A stretch of 64,000 nucleotides of DNA from an uncultured Clostridia bacterium (GTDB lineage: Bacteria; Bacillota; Clostridia; TANB77; CAG-508), in contig CALXCE010000001.1 in assembly GCA_944386725.1 (NCBI GenBank), forward strand, positions 95,441 to 159,440. The letters run 5' to 3'. Made by a program: the position numbers and the translations under genes. The stretch's first letter is position 1. Every line of letters begins with the position of its first letter. Of the stretch, positions 10,431 to 20,295 are shown piece after piece. The notes beneath the pieces were generated by a model. That model made no database searches and had not been told where the DNA came from. It saw only the letters and a program-made list of their open reading frames with translations.

Positions 10431-11059
10431 TTTTCACTCACCCCATATTCTTCTATTAAAAACTTTTTGATGTTTTGAATATCAGATTTGCTCACTTCTG
10501 TACTTTGAGCCTCATCCATGCTATTTTCTTGTTGTGTATCATTGGTTTGGATAGAGGTATCGATTGGTTTTATTTTCTGAATTTGTGTCACAATTTGATT
10601 TTCTAGATTCTGTCCATTTTCTTTATCGCTACTACTTTCATCTTCTTGTGATTTTTTAACATTTACTTTAATTTTGGAAATTTTAGTTTCCTCCTCTTTA
10701 TCTGATATTTCTGCTTTTACTTTGCAACTTATTACTTCATAACCTTTTGCTGTTAGTTTTTTAGTAATGTCCTTTTCTAATTCCTCAATATATAATTCTT
10801 TTATTCTTTCATCCATTGATGTCTGATTCAAACTCGTACTAGTTTGAGTTGTGCTATATTTTTCTAAATTAATATCATTTATATTAAAAACTTCTTTGTT
10901 AGATACAAAGGGAGAAATAATAGTAAATAAAATGTACACTCCCATTACCATTCGAATATATTTTTTTGTTTTATTATTAGGTAGTAACATCTCTAAAATT
11001 GATACCATAACAATTGCTAATCCTAGTCCCTTTACCCAAGAACTCATAAATTCAATCAT
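10412..11059 (-). CDS. spoIIIAF: Stage III sporulation protein AF
   Basis: LEMLLPNNKTKKYIRMVMGVYILFTIISP; operon position. Confidence 0.9.
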   Translation of the reverse strand: MIEFMSSWVKGLGLAIVMVSILEMLLPNNKTKKYIRMVMGVYILFTIISPFVSNKEVFNINDINLEKYSTTQTSTSLNQTSMDERIKELYIEELEKDITKKLTAKGYEVISCKVKAEISDKEEETKISKIKVNVKKSQEDESSSDKENGQNLENQIVTQIQKIKPIDTSIQTNDTQQENSMDEAQSTEVSKSDIQNIKKFLIEEYGVSEKCLEIN

Positions 11060-11071
11060 TTGTATATCCCC

Positions 11072-12221
11072 TTATCTATACATCATTCCACTATTTGATA
11101 TTTTTAAAACTAAGGCTGTCCCAATAATAATCATAAAAGAAATACTACTTAAGATAGCTAAAAATATTTTAAAAATATCACCTATTTGTTCTAACAATCC
11201 GGTTATTTTTTCGTCTGCAATTGGTTGCGTTACTCCTGCTAGTAATTTATATGCTAACGTTAACATTCCTAATTTTATAATGGGAACAATGCAAATTCCT
11301 ATAATGATAATAACTCCAACTAGTCCTACTGCATTTTTTAAGATGATACCACAACCAAGAACGGTATCTACGGCATCTCCTAATATCTTTCCTACCACAG
11401 GAATTGCCGAGCTGACAACTGCTTTTGTGGTTTTTGCTGTAATTCCGATCCACACTGCTTGACACTGTCCCTTCTAGTGAAATTACTCCTACAAAGATTG
11501 TCAAAATAATTCCTAAAAACCACACAACGCCTGAATTTAATAATCTTGCTAATTTGTCTATCTTTACTTGGTCTGACAGCTTAGACAAAATTACTAAAGC
11601 TATAAAAACCATAAGCAAAGGAATAAGAATATTTTGTATGATGTTTCCTATAAAATTTATCATAAATAAAATGATGGGCTCTATCACTCCGCTAGTTGTA
11701 ATACTCCCCGTATACATCATCAGAGTAATTAAAAGTGGTATCAACATATTCATAAATGCTACTAAATTGGACGTGGTATTTTGTACCATTGTTATAATAT
11801 CTGAAAAGCTTGCCATAATAATGGTAATAATTAATATGTATTGTGCATAATAGATTAATTTAGAAATGCTTTCATTTTCAAGACCTTCACTAATTGCTTT
11901 TAAAATACTATGTATCACAATGATCGCTAAAATACTTCCTATTGCTTTTATGCTTGTTACAAATTCCGATCCTAATAAGTTTAATGCTTTTTTTACTAGT
12001 GTTGAGTTATCTACTTCTCCCTGAATAGCATCATTTAATACTTCTCCTATATCTACCTCTTCAAAAAACTCTCCCATATATTGTTCTGAATTTTTTAAAA
12101 AGTCTTGTATACCAAATTCTTCCTGCTGTTCTTGTATGGTTTCCTCATTATCAGCATAAACCTTTGGTGCAGAAAGTATTATTAATAATACAATTACTAA
12201 AATTCCAACTGATTTTTTCAT
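11072..12221 (-). CDS. spoIIIAE: Stage III sporulation protein AE, +1 shift at CGG 11445-11447
   Basis: ORFs 11247..12275 and 11072..11455 join as ...SSVD-(C)-GITAKTTKAVVSSAIPVVGKILGDA, giving ~382 aa. Confidence 0.9.
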
Positions 12222-12235
12222 TTGTACTCCTCTTT

Positions 12236-12558
12236 GGGACAATGGGGACGTTTCTTTTTGCACCTTTTTGTGCAATTAGGGACAGTTCTTATTTTAATAA
12301 TTTTCTTGTTGTTATATATTATTTTTTATATTCATTCCTTGGTTTGTTTCATAACCGAGAACATCTAATTCAAATCAATCAGCGCCCTCATAGTAAGTGA
12401 GATTCCCTAATTGATTTTAATCAGATGTTCTAACGGTTATTACACAGCACATTCGTCATTTCTATAAAAAATAATATATAACAACAAAAAAGTATATCGA
12501 GTAAAGATGTGTCCCTAATTGCACAAAAAGGTGCAAAAAGAAACGTCCCTATTGTCCC
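12236..12558. repeat. ~320-bp palindromic REPIN/MITE-like element, copy 1
   Basis: Terminal inverted repeats GGGGACGTTTCTTTTTGCACCTTTTTGTGCAATTAGGGACA plus nested inner arms; homologous to 60992-61318 and 55290-55452. Confidence 0.9.
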
Positions 12559-12944
12559 TATGGTAATATTTGTAATATAATTTCTAATAGACTAGAAATA
12601 ATTGGTATAGACATCGATATGATAATAATTTTGCTTCCTATTTCAATTTTACTAGCTATGGCTCCTTCTCCAGAATCTTTACAGATACTAACGGCAAATT
12701 CTGATAGAAATGCGATTCCTGTTATTTTTATTAATAGTGTCAAAAATGTTCCGTTGATAGATGCCTTACTTGCCAATGATTGTAATAATGTGATAATTCC
12801 TTTTAAATCATCTACTACGAATAATAAAATTAATATGCCTGTCAATAAACTAATATAAATAGCAAATTCTGGTCTATATTGTTTTAATAAAATAATAATG
12901 ATAAGAGCAATAAGAGCAATACCTATTATTTTTATAATCTCCAC
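12558..12944 (-). CDS. spoIIIAD: Stage III sporulation protein AD
   Basis: KQYRPEFA, KITGIAFLSEFAVSICKDSGEGAIASKIE; GTG start after GGAGG. Confidence 0.92.
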   Translation of the reverse strand: MEIIKIIGIALIALIIIILLKQYRPEFAIYISLLTGILILLFVVDDLKGIITLLQSLASKASINGTFLTLLIKITGIAFLSEFAVSICKDSGEGAIASKIEIGSKIIIISMSIPIISSLLEIILQILP

Positions 12945-12998
12945 TATCATCCTCCAACTTTCTTGGGTGTTTTTTACAAGTTGCAACTAAAAGTCGTA

Positions 12999-13193
12999 TT
13001 ATAATCCGAATATAGTTCTTACCGTGTCAAATAGTTCGCTTATTTCTTTGATTACCATTGTCAAAACAATTACTAGTCCTGCTAATGTAGTCATCATGGC
13101 TTGGTCTTCTCTGCCAGCTCTTACTAGTACTTGATGCAGTACAGCAACTAATATTCCGATTGCTGCTATTTTAAATAATAAATTAATATCCAT
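12999..13193 (-). CDS. spoIIIAC: Stage III sporulation protein AC
   Basis: MDINLLFKIAAIGILVAVLHQVLVRAGREDQA. Confidence 0.92.
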   Translation of the reverse strand: MDINLLFKIAAIGILVAVLHQVLVRAGREDQAMMTTLAGLVIVLTMVIKEISELFDTVRTIFGL

Positions 13194-13261
13194 ATTTATT
13201 TTCATTCCTCTCCAAGATATAGCTTGTTTTTTGTGATTGTCAAAGTAAATAACCATGCCAT

Positions 13262-13771
13262 TTAACACAAAACAATAACAATCGCTAATCCTATCGTAGT
13301 TCCTAATTTGCTATATAGTTTTTCATTTTTTTCTTTTTCCTCTTGAGCTTCTCTTAACTGAGTTTCTAAGAATTTTTGTGTAACTTCTATTTGACTTGTT
13401 TGTCCTTCAACATCTGTTTGTCCTAATAATTTCGATAGTGTTTTTAATACATATTTATCTTCTTTCGTTAAGTTGTTTTGACTTTCTTCTATTGCTTCTT
13501 CCCATGCAATGTTAGCCGTACTAGTTTTCATTTTTTCTTTGGCTGATGTAAAAATTAATCCCACATTCTTACTAGTATTTTGAGCAATTTCTTGAAATAT
13601 TTCAGGGATTGGTTCGTAAGTAAATTTAATCTTTGATTGGAACATATTTAAAGCATTTTTCATTTCTTCTAATTCGTTTACTCTTATAACATATTTTTTT
13701 GATAAATATCTTCCTATTAAACTGCATGTTATTAAAATAATAAATAGTATAAAATACTTTAAAATTTGCAT
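13262..13771 (-). CDS. spoIIIAB: Stage III sporulation protein AB
   Basis: RVNELEE...LGQTDVEGQ...KLYSKLG. Confidence 0.9.
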   Translation of the reverse strand: MQILKYFILFIILITCSLIGRYLSKKYVIRVNELEEMKNALNMFQSKIKFTYEPIPEIFQEIAQNTSKNVGLIFTSAKEKMKTSTANIAWEEAIEESQNNLTKEDKYVLKTLSKLLGQTDVEGQTSQIEVTQKFLETQLREAQEEKEKNEKLYSKLGTTIGLAIVIVLC

Positions 13772-13839
13772 TTTTATACTCCTTGTCCTATGTATTTTTA
13801 TATATTATATTATTGAACTTTCGCTTTTAGAACTATTCT

Positions 13840-14710
13840 TTATAAAAAAATAACTTTCTCTATTTGTTTTGTTTCAAGTAAATAATTAATTCTTGCATTT
13901 TTTTTTATATCCTCTATTGTTTTCCCATGCATAGTAAATATACCTTTTACTCCTGCTGTCATAGCTTCTCCGAATTGCTTGTATATCTTCTTTTGAACCA
14001 ATTTCGTCACAAGCAATTACCTCTGGTGCCATAGAACGAATCAGCATCTTCATTCCTTTGGCTTTACTGATATTTTCTATCACATCTGTTCTGATTCCAA
14101 TGTCATTTTGAGGTACGCCTTTATACATAGCAGCAATTTCTCCTCTTTCATCTACTACACCACAAGTCATACCCTTAAAATGAATTTCACCTATTCCATT
14201 GCTAATATTTCGAATGATATCCCTTAACATGGTAGTTTTTCCTTTTCCTGGTGGTGAAACAATTAAAGTATTATAAATACTATTGTTTGCTAAATCAATT
14301 ACTTCTTTTAGAAAATGTTTGCTACAATCGATAACTTCTCTTGCTATTCTAAAGTTTAGGCTGGTTACATATTTTAAATTTATTATTTTACCATCTTCGG
14401 TAACTGCTGTTCCTGTTATTCCAATTCGATGTCCTCCTTTGATTGTCAAAAATCCTTCACATATTTGATTTTTATAAGCATAAATGGAATTCTCACAAAG
14501 TCTTTCTAATATTTGTAAAATTTCATTTGTACTGATTTTGTAATCAATAATGATATCAGCTTGTCTCGTTTTTAACAAAATTGATTTTCCCACTCTAATC
14601 CTTATTTCTTGCAAATCCTTTTGTAGGTTTATGTTTTGTGTTAGTGTATTTTTTAATAAAGTATAAATTTGATTTGGAAAATATATTAGTATTTCTTCTA
14701 TATCTTTCAC
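13840..14710 (-). CDS. spoIIIAA: Stage III sporulation ATPase AA, +1 shift at CGG 13970-13972
   Basis: SPPGKGKTT, VDERGEI, CDEIG; the +1 frame restores GEAMTAGVKGIFTMHGKTIED...IFL*. Confidence 0.9.
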
Positions 14711-14727
14711 TCTTGACCTCCACTTAG

Positions 14728-14882
14728 CTATTTAACAAAATGGGACAAATCTCGCTTCACGAAAACTTTTCTCTACTTTTATAATTTTAACTATATATAT
14801 TTATATATAGTTAAGTTCTCGAAGAAGCGTAAAGATTTGTCGACGCGAAAAATTGCATAGCAATTTTTCCTATTTAACAAAA
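14728..14882. repeat. Multi-hairpin insertion flanked by a 13-bp direct repeat in the spoIIIA leader
   Basis: CTATTTAACAAAA at 14728-14740 and 14870-14882; inner inverted repeats GACAAATCT/AGATTTGTC, CGCTTC/GAAGCG, GAAAAATTGC/GCAATTTTTC. Confidence 0.55.
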
Positions 14883-14932
14883 AAGAGCATATATTATATA
14901 TAATATATGCTCTTTTTTAATATTTAGAACTT
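14878..14932 (-). promoter_or_regulatory. Terminator hairpin overlapping a putative sigma-E promoter of spoIIIA
   Basis: AAAAGAGCATATATTA/TAATATATGCTCTTTT hairpin; TTCTAAA-N13-CATATATT on the minus strand. Confidence 0.45.
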
Positions 14933-14937
14933 AATTT

Positions 14938-16641
14938 TTATTTCTTGTTAATAACTGCTCTATAAATAAGTCCTGTATCTTCATCTCTTTCAAATTCTAC
15001 TCTATATGCTGTTTCTGTTTCCACACTACTTTTTATTAATGTTATATTTTGGTCTGTTACTTCATATTCTTGACCGTCAAAATGAATTTCTTTAATCTTC
15101 TTTATATCCTCTTCTTGTGATTCATTGTTTAGCTGTATAGTTGATAATAGTCCTTTTACCGTAACACCTTGTAAATTAGTACTTTCATAGTTCTCAAATT
15201 TACTATTAAAAGTAGTTAATTCTTCTTCACTAATATTGCTTGCATCAAGTGCTGAAGTGTAAATTCCAAATTGAGGTATAACATATTGCAATGGATTTTC
15301 ATTTTCTTCTAGTCCTAATTCTTCCATTTGTTTTTTATTGGTTTCTTCTAATCTTTCTTCTACTGCCTGCATAAAACTCGTTATTTGCTCTTCCTCATAA
15401 TCATTTAATAACATACTATTATCAGTAGAAAAGTTTTCTATGTTTATACTATCTGAAAAATCAATATTGTTGATAAAGTTATATCGATATACCATGGAAT
15501 TTTCTGAACTTGAAGATTCTTGTGTTTGTCCTTCATATTCTATATTTAGTTCATAATTTTCGGCAATACTTTGTAATGATTGTACTCCAGAATAATTAGC
15601 ACTTAAATTTATTTTCATGGTAGCTACATCTTCTTGATTTATTTCTAGCAAGATACTATATTGTTGTGAATTTCCTGTTAAGTTTTTTTCTATCTGTATG
15701 GTTGCTTCATTATTTATTTTTACTGTTAATTTTAATATTTTTTGTTTTTCTTGGTAAACCGTAATTTCTATATTTTTATCATTGATTTCTAAGTTGTTAT
15801 TAATATCTTTTATGAAATTATCAATATCACTTGTCGTAATTTTGGAAGAATTTTTATAAATTTTAAGATATTCATTTATTTTATCTAAGGTTACTTGGTC
15901 ATTTTTTAAGGTTTCTAATAATTTTATGATAAGATTTTTCAACTCTTCTCCTGTCAAAGTTAGCCTATATCCTTTGCTATTTGCTTCTTCTATTTTACTA
16001 AAACTACTATCTTGTAACTGCTCATTCATTATATTAAAATAAGTATCTTGTAAGTGTTGTAAGTCCTCTTGTGTTAATTGCACATTTACAAATTCCTGTA
16101 ATTTTTCAAAACTATCCTCGTTAACCGTTAATCCATCTTCCGAGGTCGCAATATCGTCTAAACTTTGTAATTCTTCCTTATCCACAGCAATATATTTACT
16201 TCCAACATAATCTGTCTGAATTCCTACTGTATTTCCCATTTGCTTAAAAGAAAATGGGAATTTTACGCTATCAGAATAATTTATACTAATATTCTGTACT
16301 ACTTGAGAGTTAGCTGTATCTACTTGTCCTTCAAATGTTACATTCATATTATTTACATTTTCAAATTGCTCTTGATTGTTGGAAGCTGTAACATTTACTG
16401 ATATACTACCTTCGTCTGCATATGGTGTATTTTTTTTCTTTTCGAAGTATTCTTTTAAATTTGCCTCAATAAAACCTTGTTTTTCATCTCCTAGTTGTGT
16501 GACATATTTGAAAAATAATTCTTTGTTACTTTTAAATGTATCTGTTGCAAAATAAGTATAGGCAATCCCTACTAGTAAAATCAAAATAACTAGTAATATT
16601 ATTATAATTAAAATTATTTTACCGTTTTTCTTTTGTCTCAT
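14938..16641 (-). CDS. Membrane-anchored hypothetical surface protein
   Basis: N-terminal TM helix; 567-aa open frame; no recognised domain. Confidence 0.75.
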   Translation of the reverse strand: MRQKKNGKIILIIIILLVILILLVGIAYTYFATDTFKSNKELFFKYVTQLGDEKQGFIEANLKEYFEKKKNTPYADEGSISVNVTASNNQEQFENVNNMNVTFEGQVDTANSQVVQNISINYSDSVKFPFSFKQMGNTVGIQTDYVGSKYIAVDKEELQSLDDIATSEDGLTVNEDSFEKLQEFVNVQLTQEDLQHLQDTYFNIMNEQLQDSSFSKIEEANSKGYRLTLTGEELKNLIIKLLETLKNDQVTLDKINEYLKIYKNSSKITTSDIDNFIKDINNNLEINDKNIEITVYQEKQKILKLTVKINNEATIQIEKNLTGNSQQYSILLEINQEDVATMKINLSANYSGVQSLQSIAENYELNIEYEGQTQESSSSENSMVYRYNFINNIDFSDSINIENFSTDNSMLLNDYEEEQITSFMQAVEERLEETNKKQMEELGLEENENPLQYVIPQFGIYTSALDASNISEEELTTFNSKFENYESTNLQGVTVKGLLSTIQLNNESQEEDIKKIKEIHFDGQEYEVTDQNITLIKSSVETETAYRVEFERDEDTGLIYRAVINKK

Positions 16642-16678
16642 TTTTCTCTCAACTCCTATTTAATTTTGCTATTTATTA

Positions 16679-17398
16679 TTATTCTTCCCAATTATGATAA
16701 ATATTAGCCACATCATCTAAGTCTTCTAATCTTTCGATTAGTCTTTCCATTTTTTCTACTCCTTTTTCATCTAAAGCAACTGTCGTAGTTGGTACCATTT
16801 GAACTTCTGCTTCTAAGAATTTTAATCCTGCTTCTTCTAATTTTTCACGAACTGCAGTAAAATCTGCTGGTTCTGTCGTAATTTCATATATTTCGTCTGA
16901 TGCCTCAAAATCTTCTGCACCTGCTTCTAATGCAAGCATCATTACTTCGTCTTCGTCCATTTCTGTGGAAGCTCTTTCAATTACTATTACCCCTTTTTTG
17001 TTGAACATGTATGATACACATCCATTAGTTCCTAAGTTTCCTCCTGCTTTATCAAAAGCATGTCTAACGTCTGCCGCTGTTCTATTTTTATTATCCGTAG
17101 CAGCTTTTACAATAACAGCTACTCCATTTGGTCCATATCCTTCATAGGTAATTTCTTCATAATTTTCGTTACTGGTAGATGCTTTTTTGATAGCATTGTT
17201 GATAGTATCATTTGGCATATTTGCAGCTTTACATTTTGCTATTACATTTTTTAGTTTTGAGTTTCCAGCTGGATCTGCTCCACCTTCTTTAACCGCTATT
17301 AATAATTCTCTTCCTAATTTTGTGAAGATTTTTCCTCTTGCTGCATCTGCTTTTCCTTTTTTGGCTTGTATATTATGCCATTTACTGTGTCCTGACAT
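16679..17398 (-). CDS. yebC: YebC/PmpR family protein
   Basis: [31 protein letters not shown]. Confidence 0.95.
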   Translation of the reverse strand: MSGHSKWHNIQAKKGKADAARGKIFTKLGRELLIAVKEGGADPAGNSKLKNVIAKCKAANMPNDTINNAIKKASTSNENYEEITYEGYGPNGVAVIVKAATDNKNRTAADVRHAFDKAGGNLGTNGCVSYMFNKKGVIVIERASTEMDEDEVMMLALEAGAEDFEASDEIYEITTEPADFTAVREKLEEAGLKFLEAEVQMVPTTTVALDEKGVEKMERLIERLEDLDDVANIYHNWEE

Positions 17399-17871
17399 TC
17401 TCTCTCCTCCTTTTAATTTTTTCCTTTATTCTAGGCGGTTTTCGCCTTGTAAATGCTTATTTTGTCCATTTTTTTAATTAATTGAACTTTATTGATTTTT
17501 AGGGGTTTTTATGGTTCGTAATTAGAAATGATTGCTCCAAAATTGCTCCAAAAAATCTTATGCAAAGTTTTCAATGTACTTTAACTAAACTTTTGCTTTT
17601 AAAAATTTTAACAAAACTTCTAAATTATTTTATCACGTTTTTTCTTATTTGTGTAGTATTTTTACAAATATTTTTGTATTTTACTCTTGTGAGTTGTATG
17701 CACTATCTTCTATTGATACATATTTTTTATAATTTTTAATTTGTCGAGATGATTATCTTTCGGTTTCATCTTCAAATTCTTTAATACTAGACTTTTTACA
17801 AATCTTCGCATAGATATATGGAAAAATAAATTTTATAATGTTATACTTATTATATGGAGGTAGTAACAATG

Positions 17872-18207
17872 ATACATGAAATGAAATTAAACGATACAGC
17901 ATTTAATAATATCAAAAGTGGTGTAAAAAAATTTGAACTTAGGCTTTACGATGATAGAAGGAAAAATATAAATTTAGGGGATACTATTATATTTCATAAC
18001 CTAAATAATCTAGATGATACTATTTCTGTAAGTGTTCGTGCATTATTAAGATATCCTTCTTTTGCAGATTTTTTTAAAGATATTGATTATAGACTTTGTG
18101 GAACCGCAAATAGTTTAGAAGAAAAATTAGAACGCATACACACTTTTTATACTCTTGAACAAGAAAAAGAAAATGGAATACTTGCAATAAAAATACAATT
18201 AATATAA
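17872..18207 (+). CDS. ASCH-domain protein
   Basis: HEMKL...IKSGVKKFELRLYDDRRKNINLGDTIIF. Confidence 0.85.
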   Translation: MHEMKLNDTAFNNIKSGVKKFELRLYDDRRKNINLGDTIIFHNLNNLDDTISVSVRALLRYPSFADFFKDIDYRLCGTANSLEEKLERIHTFYTLEQEKENGILAIKIQLI

Positions 18208-18217
18208 TCAAATACAT

Positions 18218-18252
18218 ACAAAAGACACCGACAATGTCAGTGTCTTTTGTGT
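18218..18252. terminator. Hairpin between convergent genes
   Basis: ACAAAAGACACCGAC-AAT-GTCAGTGTCTTTTGT. Confidence 0.65.
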
Positions 18253-18266
18253 GATAGTATTAAATC

Positions 18267-18704
18267 TTATTGACTTATAATGATTGTTTTTTCTGCTTTT
18301 GACACATGTTCTGTCAATTCAGCAAATGTTTCTGCATACGAAAATGCTTGCGGTGGCACAAAGCCAAACTTGTTTTTCAATTCTTCTAATGAAATTGGAC
18401 AAACTAGTTCATAAACCTTAATTATTGGATAAGCATATTTAGATTTCTTACCTATATTAAAATCATGGTTTCCATCTCCATCGCTATCCAATTTTTCTGG
18501 ATATTTCACAATATCTCCGACTTCTATCACATATTTTAGTTTACTTTGTGGTGCAGTTACATAAACATACAAGAATTTAAAACTTTTTTTTGGTATATAG
18601 TTTCTAAATTCATGGTTTTTCGTTCCTTGCACTATCTTAGAAGTTGGTTCTGGATTGATACTCACATATATTCCATTAGTTAATTCATCACTCATATTTC
18701 TCAA
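18267..18704 (-). CDS. ASCH/PUA-like domain protein
   Basis: YVSINPEPTSKIVQGTKNHEFR, YVYVTAP, FGFVPPQAFSY. Confidence 0.7.
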   Translation of the reverse strand: MRNMSDELTNGIYVSINPEPTSKIVQGTKNHEFRNYIPKKSFKFLYVYVTAPQSKLKYVIEVGDIVKYPEKLDSDGDGNHDFNIGKKSKYAYPIIKVYELVCPISLEELKNKFGFVPPQAFSYAETFAELTEHVSKAEKTIIISQ

Positions 18705-19767
18705 ACTCCTTGATAAAATAATAGATACTGTAATGTCTAAACAACATATATGGATTGTTAATCCAGTTTATCACAATATCATATAAAATATCAAGACCTT
18801 TAAAGCCTAAATCTTCTTTTAAGAAGCTGTAGTTGATAAATCTTTTCGGAATATCTCCGTAAGCACCTTCCTTTACATATAGTGACTTTGACAGTTTAGC
18901 CCCAGACCAATCAAGTACCAAAGGAGCATAAAATATCATAGACATCTTGCTTACATCACAACCAAGATAAGATGCTACTTTGTACCTTAATTCCTCCTGA
19001 TAAAAACCTGCATAATCACTCCCTGTAATTCTCAAAATTTCAAAATCATAGTTTTTACTCTGATTTGTTGCTGTATAGCTCATTCCTCTTATCAGATTTC
19101 TTAAAGGAGAATTGTATTCAAGCTTAGAAATGCCTTCATTTACATTTACTGAATACTCTCCATGTTCGGGACAATAGAAAGTTATTGTATCTTCAGTGTA
19201 TCTATTGTTAACACTGTTTTTGTCTGTTAGTCCACAAATCGGACATGACATTCTTACTCTCAAATTGCCATATTTCTGATCCAGTTTCTTAGCAACATAT
19301 TCCCTTTTCTTTAAGACCGTTTTAAAAACTTCCTGAGTTTCGGGCTGTTCATTGAATTCATGTTGATATCTGATTTCGTAGTCAATTCTTGTCAATTCCT
19401 TATAGTAATTAAGGATTTCAAGATATTCAGCAAAATAGGTATCAATTTTACCAGTAAAATTTAGACTTTTCTGATATTTCACTCCATCAATAACAACTGT
19501 TTCACTCGGTGCAGTTTCTATTACTTCATAGAGAATAGTAACTTTTTTCTTTGAATCGTATTCCTCAAGTTTCCGTGCTAGAGCAAATGCTAAAGCAATT
19601 GTTTCCAATGTTCCAAAATGAGGTGAAGAATTTGGTTGTGCACCAACGCTTATCTTCAGTTTGTTTTTGTGAAGTGTTCCAAGAATATAAGGAATAATTT
19701 CCTTCTCAAAAACATACGAAGCTCCACCTAGTGGATTGTGAACAACACCATCACAGTTAATCTGCAT
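18688..19767 (-). CDS. Class I lysyl-tRNA-synthetase-like catalytic-domain protein
   Basis: GAQPNSSPHFGT (HIGH-like), CPICG/CPEHG zinc knuckles, GSDY, DWSGAKLSKS (KMSKS-like); only 359 aa. Confidence 0.65.
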   Translation of the reverse strand: MQINCDGVVHNPLGGASYVFEKEIIPYILGTLHKNKLKISVGAQPNSSPHFGTLETIALAFALARKLEEYDSKKKVTILYEVIETAPSETVVIDGVKYQKSLNFTGKIDTYFAEYLEILNYYKELTRIDYEIRYQHEFNEQPETQEVFKTVLKKREYVAKKLDQKYGNLRVRMSCPICGLTDKNSVNNRYTEDTITFYCPEHGEYSVNVNEGISKLEYNSPLRNLIRGMSYTATNQSKNYDFEILRITGSDYAGFYQEELRYKVASYLGCDVSKMSMIFYAPLVLDWSGAKLSKSLYVKEGAYGDIPKRFINYSFLKEDLGFKGLDILYDIVINWINNPYMLFRHYSIYYFIKEFEKYE

Positions 19768-19970
19768 AATAATTCCTCCTTAATTTTAAGTATGGTTTAT
19801 GGCTTTATATAATAAACAGCACTTAGCTGGAATTAAATTAATATCTATATTATAGTACGGATTATGTTAATTGTCAATATTTAACATTTTATTCTTTATC
19901 ACAATCTTGCATAATTTCAACTTTTTTAACATTACATGCAAAACATTTATTCTTTTTTCATTAAAATATT

Positions 19971-20064
19971 TTATGTTATATATTTTCTATGTGAATTTTT
20001 TACATTATTTTGATTTACCATAGCATATTCCATTGTTGTATCTATTTTAATATGTCCTAATAAT
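19971..20064 (-). pseudogene. C-terminal remnant of a tyrosine recombinase
   Basis: Translates LLGHIKIDTTMEYAMVNQNNVKNSHRKYIT*, the LGH...TT..Y box II motif. Confidence 0.7.
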
Positions 20065-20295
20065 CCCTCCTTATACTTTAAAATATCACAATATATAGAA
20101 CTTATCTCCAAAACGATTTCCTATCTTTATATACCCATCAAAGAAAGTATAAATGTGATAATCCTAATGCAATTAATATAATTTCAATAATTCCTATAAT
20201 AACCTCTTTTCTTGCAAACAAAAAACGAGATTTTGTCTGCAATTTTTATTTTGCATTATTATACAATAATATTGTGTTTTTTAACAAGTATATTT

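Noticed and set aside
12222-12400. N-terminal ORF extensions (MHKKVQKETSPL, MHQKEQKETSPL, MRCVPNCTKR) and ORFs 12164..12400 and 60780..61040
   Set aside because: They are translations of the palindromic repeat; the real starts have their own SD sequences.
17400-17620. tRNA gene or att site upstream of yebC
   Set aside because: No cloverleaf or partner repeat found; only a short tandem repeat and small hairpins.
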